Assembly: GCA_002269645.1 (NCBI GenBank)
Contig: NIVC01001920.1
Span: 1-64,000, forward strand
Reading direction: 5' to 3'
DNA length: 64,000 nucleotides
From: Macrostomum lignano
Lineage: Eukaryota
Shown: one piece after another, positions 21,501 to 31,997 of the stretch
Layout of the letters: the number at the start of each line of letters is the position of its first letter
Position numbering within the stretch: position 1 is the first letter of the stretch
Made by a program: the position numbers and the translations under genes
Notes under the pieces: model-generated
Seen by the model: the letters and a program-made list of their open reading frames with translations, nothing else
The model's database searches: none
What the model was told of the DNA's origin: nothing

Positions 21501-24500
21501 CAGTCAGGTGACCGCTTTGCGAATTGCGACGATTCAATATGTACAATCAGGAGCGCGATTTGTAGCTATCCGATCTCTACTATCTGTATCTAATCTCTCA
21601 TGTCTCCCTCTAATCTCCCATGTGTCCCTCTAATCTCCCATGTCTCCCTCTAATCTCCCATGTGTCCCTCTAATCTCTCATGTGTCCCTCTAATCTCTCA
21701 TGTCTCCCTGGAATATCTCATGTCTCCCTGCAATCTCTCATGTGTCCCTCAAATGTCTCTATCTAATCTCTAATGCCTCTATCTAATCTCTCATGTCTCC
21801 CTCTAATCTCTAATGTCTCTAAACTAACCTCTCATGTCGCTACCTAATCTCTTTTATCTCTATCTAACCTCTAATATCCCTCTCTAATCTCTCCTATCGT
21901 TTCCGACAATGTATGCTACATTTGTATCTAATCTCTCAATTCTCGTTGTAATCTCTCCCACCTGTCGAGTGGAGAAATGGCTGAGAATCCCCTGAACTTC
22001 CCTCCCCAGTTGCTGATAGCCGGCCTGGCCTACTGGCTGCGCGACTGGCGGCGTCTCATCCTGGTGTCGGTGGCACCGCAGCTGCTGCTAATTGTCATTT
22101 TCTTGTGAGGCTCTCGCTGCCGCGTGCAGGCCTACTTATTACTGTCAGTATAGTAGCGTGCAAAGGTTTTTGCATGAATTTCGTGTTGAGCGAGCTGAAA
22201 AATAGTTTCACATATCCATTATCAGTAGCAGTAGAATTGCGCCGCATCAAACGCGCATAGTAAGCCGACAGAATTTTTTCCAGTTTTGATTCTCCCATCC
22301 CGAATGCAGCTTCATCGCTGAGTCGCCGGTGTGGCTGGCCAGTCAGCCTGGCCGGCTGTCGCAGCTGCGGCAGTACGCGGCCCGAGCCAACCGGATCAAC
22401 GGCGGCAGCGCCACCCAGGCCGACATCGACAGCCTGGAAGTCGACGAGTCGAAGTCGTCGTCCAAATCGAAAGCGGCGGCGCTTGGCCTGGTGGCGAAAC
22501 TGCCGCGGCTTCGGTTCATCACCACCAACTTTCTGCTGCTGTGAGGCCGCGTCTCTGGCTGGGGCTGAGATGCCCCGGCTTGCCTTTTCATTGATTTCCT
22601 GTCTCCTGGTCTCCCCAACGGCATCTTTCTTTCGGCGTCTCTCCCCACCGGTGTCTCTCCCCACCGGTGTCTCTCCCCACCGGTGTCTCTCTCCCTACCG
22701 GTGTCTCTCCCCACCGGTGTCTCTCTCCTTACCGGTGTCTCTCTCCCTACCGGTGTCTCTCTCCCTACCGGTGTCTCTCTCCCTACCGGTGTCTCTCCCC
22801 ACCGGTGTCTCTCCCCACCGGTGTCTCTCTCCTTACCGGTGTCTCTCTCCCTACCGGTGTCTCTCTCCCTACCGGTGTCTCTCTCCCCACCGGTGTCTCT
22901 CTCCTTACCGGTGTCTCTCTCCCTACCGGTGTCTCTCTCCCTACCGGTGTCTCTCTCCCTACCGGTGTCTCTCTCCCTACCGGTGTCTCTCTCCCTACCG
23001 GTGTCTCTCTCCCTACCGGTGTCTCTCTCCCTACCGGTGTCTCTCTCCCTACCGGTGTCTCTCTCCCTACCGGTACTCTCTCTCCCTACCGGTGTCACTC
23101 TCCCTACCGGTATCTCTCCCTACCGGTGTCTCTCTCCCTACCGGTGTCTCTCTCCCCACCGGTGTCTCTCCCCACCGGTGTCTCTCTCCTTACCGGTACT
23201 CTCTCTCCCTACCGGTGTCTCTCTCCCTACCGGTGTCTCTCTCCCTACCGGTGTCTCTCTCCCTACCGGTGTCTCTCTCCCTACCGGTACTCTCTCTCCC
23301 TACCGGTGTCTCTCCCTACCGGTGTCTCTCCCTACCGGTGTCTCTCCCTACCGGTGTCTCTCCCTACCGGTGTCTCTCCCTACCGGTGTCTCTCTCCCTA
23401 CCGGTGTCTCTCTCCCTACCGGTGTCTCTCTCCCTACCGGTGTCTCTCTCCCTACCGGTGTCTCTCCTCTCCTCTCTTCCCACCAGTACGCTCGTAGCTC
23501 CTCCCAGTTTTTCTCCGCCAATATCTCCTCCCACTCTCCGGTGTCTCCTCCCACTCTCCGGTGTCTCCTCCCACTCTCTGGTGTCTCCTCCCACTCTCTG
23601 GTGTCTCCTCCCACTCTCCGGTGTCTCCTCCCACTCTCTGGTGTCTCCTCCCACTCTCCGGTGTCTCCTCCCACTCTCCGGTGTCTCCTCCCACTCTCTG
23701 GTGTCTCCTCCCACTCTCTGGTGTCTCCTCCCACTCTCCGGTGTCTCCTCCCACTCTCTGGTGTCTCCTCCCACTCTCTGGTGTCTCCTCCCACTCTCCG
23801 GTGTCTCCTCCCACTCTCTGGTGTCTCCTCCCACTCTCCGGTGTCTCCTCCCACTCTCCGGTGTCTCCTCCCACTCTCCGGTGTCTCCTCCCACTCTCCG
23901 GTGTCTCCTCCCACTCTCTGGTGTCTCCTCCCACTCTCCGGTGTCTCCTCCCACTCTCCGGTGTCTCCTCCCACTCTCTGGTGTCTCCTCCCACTCTCTG
24001 GTGTCTCCTTCCATTCCCCCGGTATCTCCTTTTACTCCCTGGTCTCCCCCGGTCCCTTTTTACTGTCTCTCTCCCTCTCTCCCCAATCTCCCAATCTTAA
24101 CTACTTTATCTCTTGCCCTCCTTTCTCCACTCGCCATCTCAAAGTATGGACATAGGAGTGCAGGTGTCTTTAACTACGGAAATTTTCTATCTTGTTATTG
24201 TCTTACAAAAGTGCAGACACTTTCAGACACCTTCTGGTCACCTCTCTTCCCTCCACCCCTCCACCATTGCCGCAGAGTGTTCAGCGGCCTGTCGAACTCG
24301 GCGATCCTGTTCAACGCTGAGAAACTCTCCGGCAGCTTCTACTTGAACTTCGCCCTGCTGGGAGTGTCCAACGCCGTCTCCTACCTGCTCGGCTGGCTGC
24401 TGGCCGACCGTCTCGGCATTGTTCGCCTAATCCGCATCGACATCCTGCTGGGCGCAGTTGCTATGGCAACTGTGGCCGCGGTGCAGACTGCCGGACCCGA

Positions 24501-25403
24501 GCTAGGCTTGATTGTCACGGTGGCCACTCAGGTTGGGAAAATTTTCCTGCTCAATGCCAACAATTCGGTGCAAATCTATGGCACCCAGGTGTTCCCCACT
24601 GTTGCCAGGTGAGTGTCCGGGTGCCCCTATTGGTCATGATTGACAGGTGTGTCCTTAGGTGCTTAGTAGCTGTTCTCCTGATTGACAGGTGTGACTCTCC
24701 AGGTGATTGGTAGCTGTTCTCCTGATTGACAGGTGTGACTCTCCAGGTGATTGGTAGCTGTTCTCCTGATTGACAGGTGTGACTCTCCAGGTGATTGGTA
24801 GCTGTTCTCCTGATTGACAGGTGTGACTCTCCAGGTGATTGGTAGCTGTTCTCATAATTTACAGGTGTGTATCATTAGGTGATTAATAGGCTGTTCATCT
24901 GATTGACAGGTTTGACTCAAAAGGTGATAATAGGCTGTTCTCCTGATTGACAGGCGAGACTATCCAGGTGTTTATTAGCTATTTTCATGATTGACAGGTG
25001 ATGCATTTAGTTTCAAACGGATACACCCGTAATCCGCCTCCGAATTCCCAGAAATCTGGCCACCGGCGTCATCGGAGTGGCAGTTTCTCTCGGCAGCCTC
25101 CTGGCGCCATTCCTGCTTTACATTGGCGAGACTGGCAATAGTTGGCTGGCTTTTCTGCCATTCCTGCTGGTTGCTGGGCTGTTACTATGCGGCCTGCTAC
25201 TCACGCTAACTCTGCCACCTGTGCCGGACCGGCTGTTGGTTACGTTTGAAGACTTTGACAGCTTCTTGGCGGCGCCGGCGGCTGGTCGGCAGTGCTGCGG
25301 AGTCTTCTATTGCGGCGGGGCCGGCCCTCAAGTGGCGCCAATGGAAATTCCCATGGCGCCGACTGGTGGCGCCGGCGCTCAAGCGGCGCCAAACAAGCTC
25401 TGA
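13719..25403 (+). CDS. SLC22-family (organic cation/anion transporter-like) MFS transporter, 8 exons, 579 aa
   Basis: Exons 13719-14114, 15135-15238, 15591-15745, 21434-21507, 22010-22104, 22310-22540, 24276-24608, 25052-25403 sum to 1740 nt in one frame. Motifs: MKFDELL..IGGFGRFQ, Cys-containing large first loop, VTE|FDLVC, SDR|FGRR, LRDWR, ESPVWL, FPTVAR|N. Confidence 0.92.
14192..14386. repeat. 30-bp minisatellite (TGAGGTGATTAATTCTCTGTACTCTTCCTT)
   Basis: About 6.5 copies. Confidence 0.95.
14415..15085. repeat. 48-bp minisatellite (GGAGACGAGAAATTCCCCCAAGCTCTAGATAGTGAGATGCTCTCTATT)
   Basis: About 14 copies; produces the spurious 337-aa ORF. Confidence 0.97.
15358..15578. repeat. (AATC)n microsatellite
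   Basis: Imperfect tetramer run ending just before the acceptor at 15590. Confidence 0.92.
15880..16025. repeat. (ATCTATATCT[G/A])-type 10-11-bp array, left flank of the Helitron-like element
   Basis: Same unit as 20878-21295. Confidence 0.9.
16740..19345. repeat. 22-23-bp minisatellite (CATAGAAGCGTCATGTAAACAAT)
   Basis: About 2.6 kb, over 100 copies, homogeneous centre and degenerate edges; lies inside the Helitron-like element. Confidence 0.97.
20168..20246 (+). repeat. Interstitial (TTAGGG)n telomere-like run
   Basis: About 12 units with CTAGGG/TTAGG variants; further degenerate runs at about 19785-19820, 20505-20597 and 20753-20772. Confidence 0.9.
20878..21295. repeat. (ATCTATATCT[G/A])-type array, right flank of the Helitron-like element
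   Basis: Begins immediately after CTAG|T. Confidence 0.95.
21585..21895. repeat. About 20-bp minisatellite (TGTCTCCCTCTAATCTCCCA)
   Basis: Tandem, degenerating toward the 3' side. Confidence 0.85.
22645..23465. repeat. 16-18-bp minisatellite (CCGGTGTCTCTCTCCCTA)
   Basis: Tandem copies with a variable CT count. Confidence 0.97.
23520..24010. repeat. 20-bp minisatellite (GGTGTCTCCTCCCACTCTC[C/T])
   Basis: About 24 copies; shares GGTGTCTC with the adjacent 18-mer. Confidence 0.97.
24637..25000. repeat. 44-bp minisatellite (TGATTGACAGGTGTGACTCTCCAGGTGATTGGTAGCTGTTCTCC)
   Basis: About 4 near-perfect and 4 degenerate copies. Confidence 0.92.
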
Positions 25404-26590
25404 TTCAGTCAGCTATTAGTGACTGCTGAACCTGATTTTAACTAAATTTTCTTTGCTTCGTTCGGACCGACTTTAATCTATAATTTATAGTCTATATGAA
25501 AAGTTACTCCTAGCATCTTGAGTGGCATTTCATCAGTTTTGTGGCATTTTGTGCTTTAAGAAGAATCTTTATAGAGCCTTTATATTGGATTTTTCAAAGT
25601 GCACGACGCCCTAGTAAACCATGGCTTCTGCTCCCGCCACCCTCTCCGACTTGCTTGCCTTTGCACGTCCTATACTGCACTGAGATTTCTACGAGTAGAG
25701 AACTTTGAAATTGAGCGTTTTTTTTCGTTTTGATTTACTTGTAGTACTACCTGACAGAGAATCATTCGACGCTACGAGCTAAGATTGAAGCTTTCTTCTA
25801 TTTATACATATAGTTTATACTATTCTATTATGTACTATTGTACTATTCTATTATGTTGTTATATTATAAATGAATACATTCGCACAAGTTATTCAGATAA
25901 CTGAAACTGTCTTTCTTTACGCTCAAGTTTACGTGTGGAAAGATGCAGATAGAATTTAGAGCCAATAAACTAGCCTTGTCTTTAAAAATACATTAATGTA
26001 CTTGATGAGGACGCACTTTTTCCCAAATCCCGCGCTAGCACATGGGCTCTAAACTTACTTGCCTACTAACAGTGGGCAATGGGCATTTTTATCCTTTTTC
26101 TGCGAATTTTCATAGAATCTATACTAGATATAATGTCTGGTCATACTAGTAGTCATAATAACATAGGCGCAGCTTTTTGGGTCATAAATCATCGCTTTCA
26201 AAGTTGGTCTGACAGCCACCTGCGCCTCACTCAGTGTTGAAGCGGGCGCCAGATGGTCTGAGAGGATGCGGGCGGTAGCTTTTTTCTCATCATTTTGACA
26301 GGCCATCAAGATTTATGAGGTCAGAGCCTATTGTTCGTGTTCACTCAAGCGTGTGACAGCTTTGACAGCTATGCGTTTTACCCCTAAAAGTACTTTGGGA
26401 TTAGCGATTAGCGATTTCTCTTCATTATCTTCACTTTCTATTTAATAAGAGCTTTCTAATGTATATTTTTTCATTAATTTCTGTCAATCCTACGCGAAAG
26501 GTCATAAATCATTTTGTTGCGATTTTGAGTGATTTATGGCCGCACCTGTCATCTTTTTACGACCCTGTGGGAACTGATAGGATCTCTCGG

Positions 26591-26721
26591 TCACGTGATT
26601 CTGGTAGCAACAAGCTTAGCCAATCAGAAAATTCGGCGCTCATTTTAACAAAACGGCTCAGCCAATCAGAATCGACGTGTTCCATTATAACAAACTGCGG
26701 TCCAGTTGGCGGCTATTTAAA
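26591..26721 (+). promoter_or_regulatory. Candidate Pol II promoter: E-box, two CCAAT boxes, TATA-like box
   Basis: TCACGTGA at 26591-26598, AGCCAATCAG at 26618 and 26660, TATTTAAA at 26714-26721, followed by GC-richer sequence and a GG|GTGAGA donor-like site at about 27011. Confidence 0.4.
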
Positions 26722-28439
26722 CCGGAGTTTTTGGCCCGCTCGGACTCAACTTTGGCTCGGGCCCAGCGCGCAACTTCTGGTTCCCGGAGCACGACCGTCG
26801 TTTCTTGATCCCCGGATTGCGACTTCCCCCATCATCATCAAGGACGAGTCCCCCGGTCATCAGCAGCGAACATCAAGTTAAGAGCATCACCTGCTAGCTA
26901 ACAGCGAAGATTGTGACAGCATCATCCCGAGTCTACAGCTGCAGAGCATCGAGCCGATTCGGTCACTGTGGATTACCTGGTCTCCGGCTGTTGAGTTTCT
27001 GATTGGTTGGGTGAGAGGCTACCTAGACTTGCTTGATTGGGTGATCCCTTTTCTGTCCCCTGTTGCAGTAGCTGAATTAGGCGCACACTTTTGCTCATTT
27101 TGTTCAGTAGTGCTGTTGCTGAGGCAGAAATCATTCAATAATACTGCTAGTAGTCTAAGACTCCAATTCAATCTGAAGTGTGAAGTGAACTAAGGAGAAG
27201 GTTAAATCTAACAGTTATTTTTGTCGGTTTTATTTCTTTGTTCGCCGATGGCTCAGATGAGTAGCTAAGCTAGTAGGCGCCGGTCACAGTGGACCAATGG
27301 CAAGGCAGTTCTCAGTCGACCAATCTATCAAATCAGTGAGCAAAACTGCCAGAAGTGCAGAATCGGCGCCAGAGATGTACTTTGTGCACTCTAGGGTAGC
27401 CAAGCGGCTCGGGTAAATGAATCACGCGGTCTCTGAAGTTCGAGTTAGTCTATCATCAGCGCTATGAGAGGCTAGTTGGCGCGTTGAAGGCCAAAAGTAC
27501 ATATCTTCGTATTTAGCAATGTAATAGTACATGTAGCTACCCCATAGACTCGCCACCGCAAGAATCCCCTGCACAAGTCCCCTCTGTACCTGCATGGCCA
27601 ATGCGATCAAATCCCAGCAGTGTCCCTTATCATCGGCTATGACTTCGAGATTGACAGCAAAAAGACACTAGTTGGCAGGTAAGTGCAAAGCCCCTTCTAG
27701 TCGGAAGCCCGATTTCGAGAGTCCCGGTGTGGTGAGCCAGGGCGCACGGGCTGGTGGCAGCAAGTTAGTTGATCTGCGGATTAGCTAATTTCTACTTTCA
27801 AAATTCTCCCTGCTCGTCTCTCGCTGTCCCTCTCTTAGCTATAGGACCTAGACTGCTCGCCACACGATCAAGCTACCATGGGGCTGACCATCTGACAGGA
27901 GTGGGGGCCAGGTCTCTAATTGATTTATTTCTGAGCCTGAGGCCCGAAGGCTTCCCTAACAAGGAGCCCGAAGGTCGAAACCCATCATACTTCTGTTTAA
28001 CGCACTACTGAACTGAAAGTAGGTTACACGCAAATGGGATGAGTGGCTCATCTAGTAATTATAGTGCGAGCGTATCTGTGGCCTGGAGATTTGTTTGCCT
28101 AGAGTTTCACGATTCAATTCAGAGTATTGAATCGGTTAAATTAAATGTACATGTGTTTTTAATTACAATTCTCTCCGCTTGACGCTGATTGGCAAGGAGA
28201 ACCCTAGCCCATACTGACACCCACCTCACTCCATTTTCCATTTCTTCTAGTCTTATCTTAATTCGGGGGTGGGCGAACAGAATTTACACTGAACATAAGA
28301 ATGTAGAGTTCAGCCCTGACCCATGAATTGTCCATTCCTCCTAATTAAAAGCATATGACAGACCTGTGCCTAATTAACATTTACCCAACCAAATTGCACC
28401 AGTAGAAGTAAGTTTTTAGTTTGTAAAAAAACACTCATC

Positions 28440-29983
28440 ATGACCCTAAACCTTGGCGCCATCATTGGCGGCGTCTCAGTGGCACTGTCGCTTGTCATTT
28501 TTCTCGCCTGTTTCCTAACGTCAGGCATCGGACCTCGCTGCTGCCACCGGCTGACCGAGAGGTGTCGCCGACAGCGCCTGAGACGACGGCGTCAATCGGC
28601 TGCTAATCAAGTCGTCTCGATCCAACGCCTGCGCCCGTTGAAAGGCGACGCGACGGAGGCCCTGACGTCGCCGTGCTTTGTGCAGCTGCCGGCTGCGCCT
28701 GACGCGGTTGGCGCCAAGTCGAAGCGCCCGATTGGCGGCAGTCAGCTGCTGTTTCGGCCAATCGGCGCCGGAGTCAAGTCGGCGCCGAATCCGCCCAGAC
28801 CGGCACCCCTGTCAAGCCCGTGGCGCCATCGTCTGTCACCACCGCTGCCGCCGCCTCAGATGCAGTGCCTGTTCCAGATGCTGCCACAAGCGCAGCAGCC
28901 GCAATTAAAGACGCTTCCAGTCAGCCTTGGTAACGATGACGACAAGAACAACAACGATGTCGGCTGGCAAAGCAAGGTTAGATTTCTCTATACGAGCGTT
29001 AAAGCATTATTTGTAAATAATATAAATAGAAATGTTTACATGAACAATTAAGTGATAAAGAGCAAGGAAACAGAAAATATATTAAAGAAGGGTGTGAGAA
29101 GATATGGATGTAGAAGAGTAATGCCGATGAAAACACTTTCCTATAGCTTCCCTTCCTAATAATTTACAGTTTAGTATTGCGCATGTTTACTAAATGATGG
29201 ACTTGAAGCTCTTGAGCGACTATAACAGAAATCTTACTCATATGCCCATCAACATTCCAGCCATCAGCCGCTAAGCCGCATCAGACTCAGCAACCCTCGG
29301 CAGCTATTCGATCAACGCCGCAGAACCAGCCGTTGCCCCTGCCACCAGCAGTGTACAGGCGCGGTCTCTCCACCATACAGCTGTCCCTGTCCACCATTAG
29401 GGACTGCAGCGCTAGCGGGCAGATACCGCCTGACTGCCTGTACGCTGGCCACGGCTCACCTTCCTCGCCAGCGTCTTCACACAAACCGTCATCACTGCCG
29501 CCACCTCCACCGCCACCACTGCCACCGGCACCGCCGCCGCCATCGCAGTTGAGCAGCGCGGCGACTGAGGACGCTTATTCAGCGTCAGCGGCAATGGAGA
29601 CTGCAGTCAGTGCCAGCGCACCGACTCCCGCCGCCGCTGCTGCCACCGCGGTGTCGCTGCGGGTTCAGATTGGTTCCGCCTACGGCTCACTGCACCAGCC
29701 ACCGGTCCGGCCGCTTCAACCGCTGCCGTTGAAGTTCTCCAAGCGATCCAACGCCTCGTCGTCCGAATGCCACGACTGGTCACCGCCAAGGCCGAGGCCT
29801 CCCGTTGGCGCTGCGGCCGCTGCCGCTGCAACCACAGCAGCCGCAGTTTGGGCATCGGAGGACGGTGACGTGACCGTCTTCGATCTGGAGGTGTCGTCAA
29901 GATCGACGGCAGGGCGCAACCGGGGCCGCCTGAATGAGGGCCTCATTGAAAGCGGCCATACTGACCAGTCCAGTAGCTTTTAG
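28440..29983 (+). CDS. Hypothetical single-pass membrane protein with Pro/Ser/Ala-rich disordered tail, 2 exons, 419 aa
   Basis: Exons 28440-28976 (donor AAG|GTTAGA) and 29261-29983 (acceptor TTCCAG|) join in frame (1260 nt). Both are GC-rich relative to the AT-rich intron and flanks. An N-terminal hydrophobic stretch (AIIGGVSVALSLVIFLACFL) is followed by CC and an Arg-rich patch. No family was recognised. Confidence 0.7.
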
Positions 29984-31997
29984 ATTTTTGTCTAGACTAT
30001 ATTATTGCGGCGTATTGAATTAAAGAATTAGAAACGTTTCGGATCGTTTTAAACAAATTACATGAACAGAATTGCACAGATAAAACCAAGTTTTTCACGC
30101 AAAATTATATATAATACACTCGTACATGCATTCTAATCCATATCAAGCATACGTTGAGGCTGTTTAATGATTTGTACATGTATTATCCGTTTTCTAACGT
30201 TTCTAACGTCTAAATTTTTCTATGTGTTGGGCGGGCAGGGCGCCTTTTCTGCTCTAAATTTGCTCAAATAACTTTATAGCTTTAATAAGATTTACTAAAA
30301 GCGTAACAAAGTATGTTACATACACATAATGCACATAACACCGGCTTAAGCTGTTTTTTCCTTGTTTGATAAAGATGCAACAAGTTTATTGTAATTGCTT
30401 TTTTCCCAAAAATCTGTTGCTTATTAAAAAATCTACAAAATCGGTAATTATTTTACGTATTTTTTCTTCTAGCTCCAAAGGTTGTTTTAAAAGGACAACA
30501 ATGCAAAGATAAGAAAGGTTTCATTTTAAGTTCCGGCAAACTTAAATATATTGCTTGTATCCGAACTTTAGGGTCAAAATTCTAAATCTGTAGTTTTTAA
30601 GTATTTTTTGTCGAATGAATAAAGTATCAAAACTTTAGATAACTTAACTTTATAACATAAAGTCTAATGGTATCACCATAAATTAAATTCTCCCCTCGTA
30701 TTGAACTGTAATATTTACGACGTCGTTAAACTGCGATAACTTCACAGCGATGTACAAAACGCACTTTTTTAAGAATTGTTTTGTGGGCATTTTCATCTCA
30801 CTGAAACAGCGAAAATTTGTCATTGCTAGCGTACCATTTTCATTAGTCAGTTAATTAGTCACTTTTTACTCCATCTGTCATGTTAGAAAAAAGAGAAGTA
30901 CATTTTTAGTCTGTGTTTCAATTGGCATTATTCTGGAGTTTTGCACGTCGAGCGTTTGTATTTTGGTATGTTTATATTTTTCTGAAATTCTTTATATAGC
31001 CTATAGGCAAATAAAATTGGGGCTTTCTGTTCTGGTAATTTAACAATTGAATAAAGTTACTTACCATATATTTTTGCGTCTTCGAAACTTAAACATAGGC
31101 CAAAATAGATAAGATTTTATTGTTTTTTATTAAAATGTGTTCTTATTATTATTATATAAGAATGTTTTCGTTAATGTTGAATTAAATGTTGTCAATTTCA
31201 CTTTTATAAGCAAAAGAGTGCTGACAGTAGCCATGATTCAAATAAAACTATAAAATACATTTATAGTTCATACTTTTTTAAACCATACAAATTAGAATGA
31301 AAGTTACAGATTCTATAGACTAAAGATATAATAGAAATATTGGGGCTTAAGACATTTTGTAGAAATATATTTTTTAATCTGAAGCTTTAAAAGTAAAGTA
31401 TTGACTTTTTTAAAATATAAATTAAAGTATGACTGGCTTTACATTATTGTGTCAATCAGTACTAACATAGTATGACAATATAAAGTGAAAAGTGCTCTAC
31501 TGTTTTGTTTAATTTTGAATATAATACGACTGTCATATATTTGTTTGAAAATCTTTTGGAAATTTTCTGGTTTTAAACTCCTGTTAATATGTAAAGTTGA
31601 GTGAAAATTAATTCAGTACCATCGACATATCATTCTAAGTGGCATATCTCTTATACAATTGTTTTCATTCTTTTCAAAAATTCTTAATTCTAGCTATTTA
31701 AATTAATATTGCTAAAAATTAAATTGTATCAAGAGAATCAAGATTTAAATGTCATTTGTAAGGTATTCAGTGGAAAGTCAATTTTTCCAAAGCTATAACT
31801 CGCGTCATTTCACTTATGCAGGATCGCGCGTGAAAACGAAAAACAATGGCATTGGACAACTCGTTTATTGAGCTAACTGTGTAAATTTCCCGGCTTTATT
31901 TTTGTTTGCTTTCGACCGCACTCGCAACCCATTGGTTGTTCGGTACCTTAACGCACACCTGGTTGGCAACACGTTCTCCGGCACTGAGTGAGAGGTC

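Noticed and set aside
22483-24612. 709-aa ORF running through an intron into SLC22 exon 7
   Set aside because: The intron is 1735 nt (not a multiple of 3) and the ORF is out of frame with exon 6. It is repeat-derived openness that happens to join the exon 7 frame.
26795-26870. Minus-strand CTGATGA...GAAAC hammerhead candidate
   Set aside because: Stem II cannot close directly before GAAA.
27925-27995. Hammerhead-ribozyme-like GCCCGAAGGTCGAAAC
   Set aside because: The CUGAnGA core is absent (CTAACAAG) and stems II and III do not pair. An Infernal search with hammerhead models would be needed to revive it.
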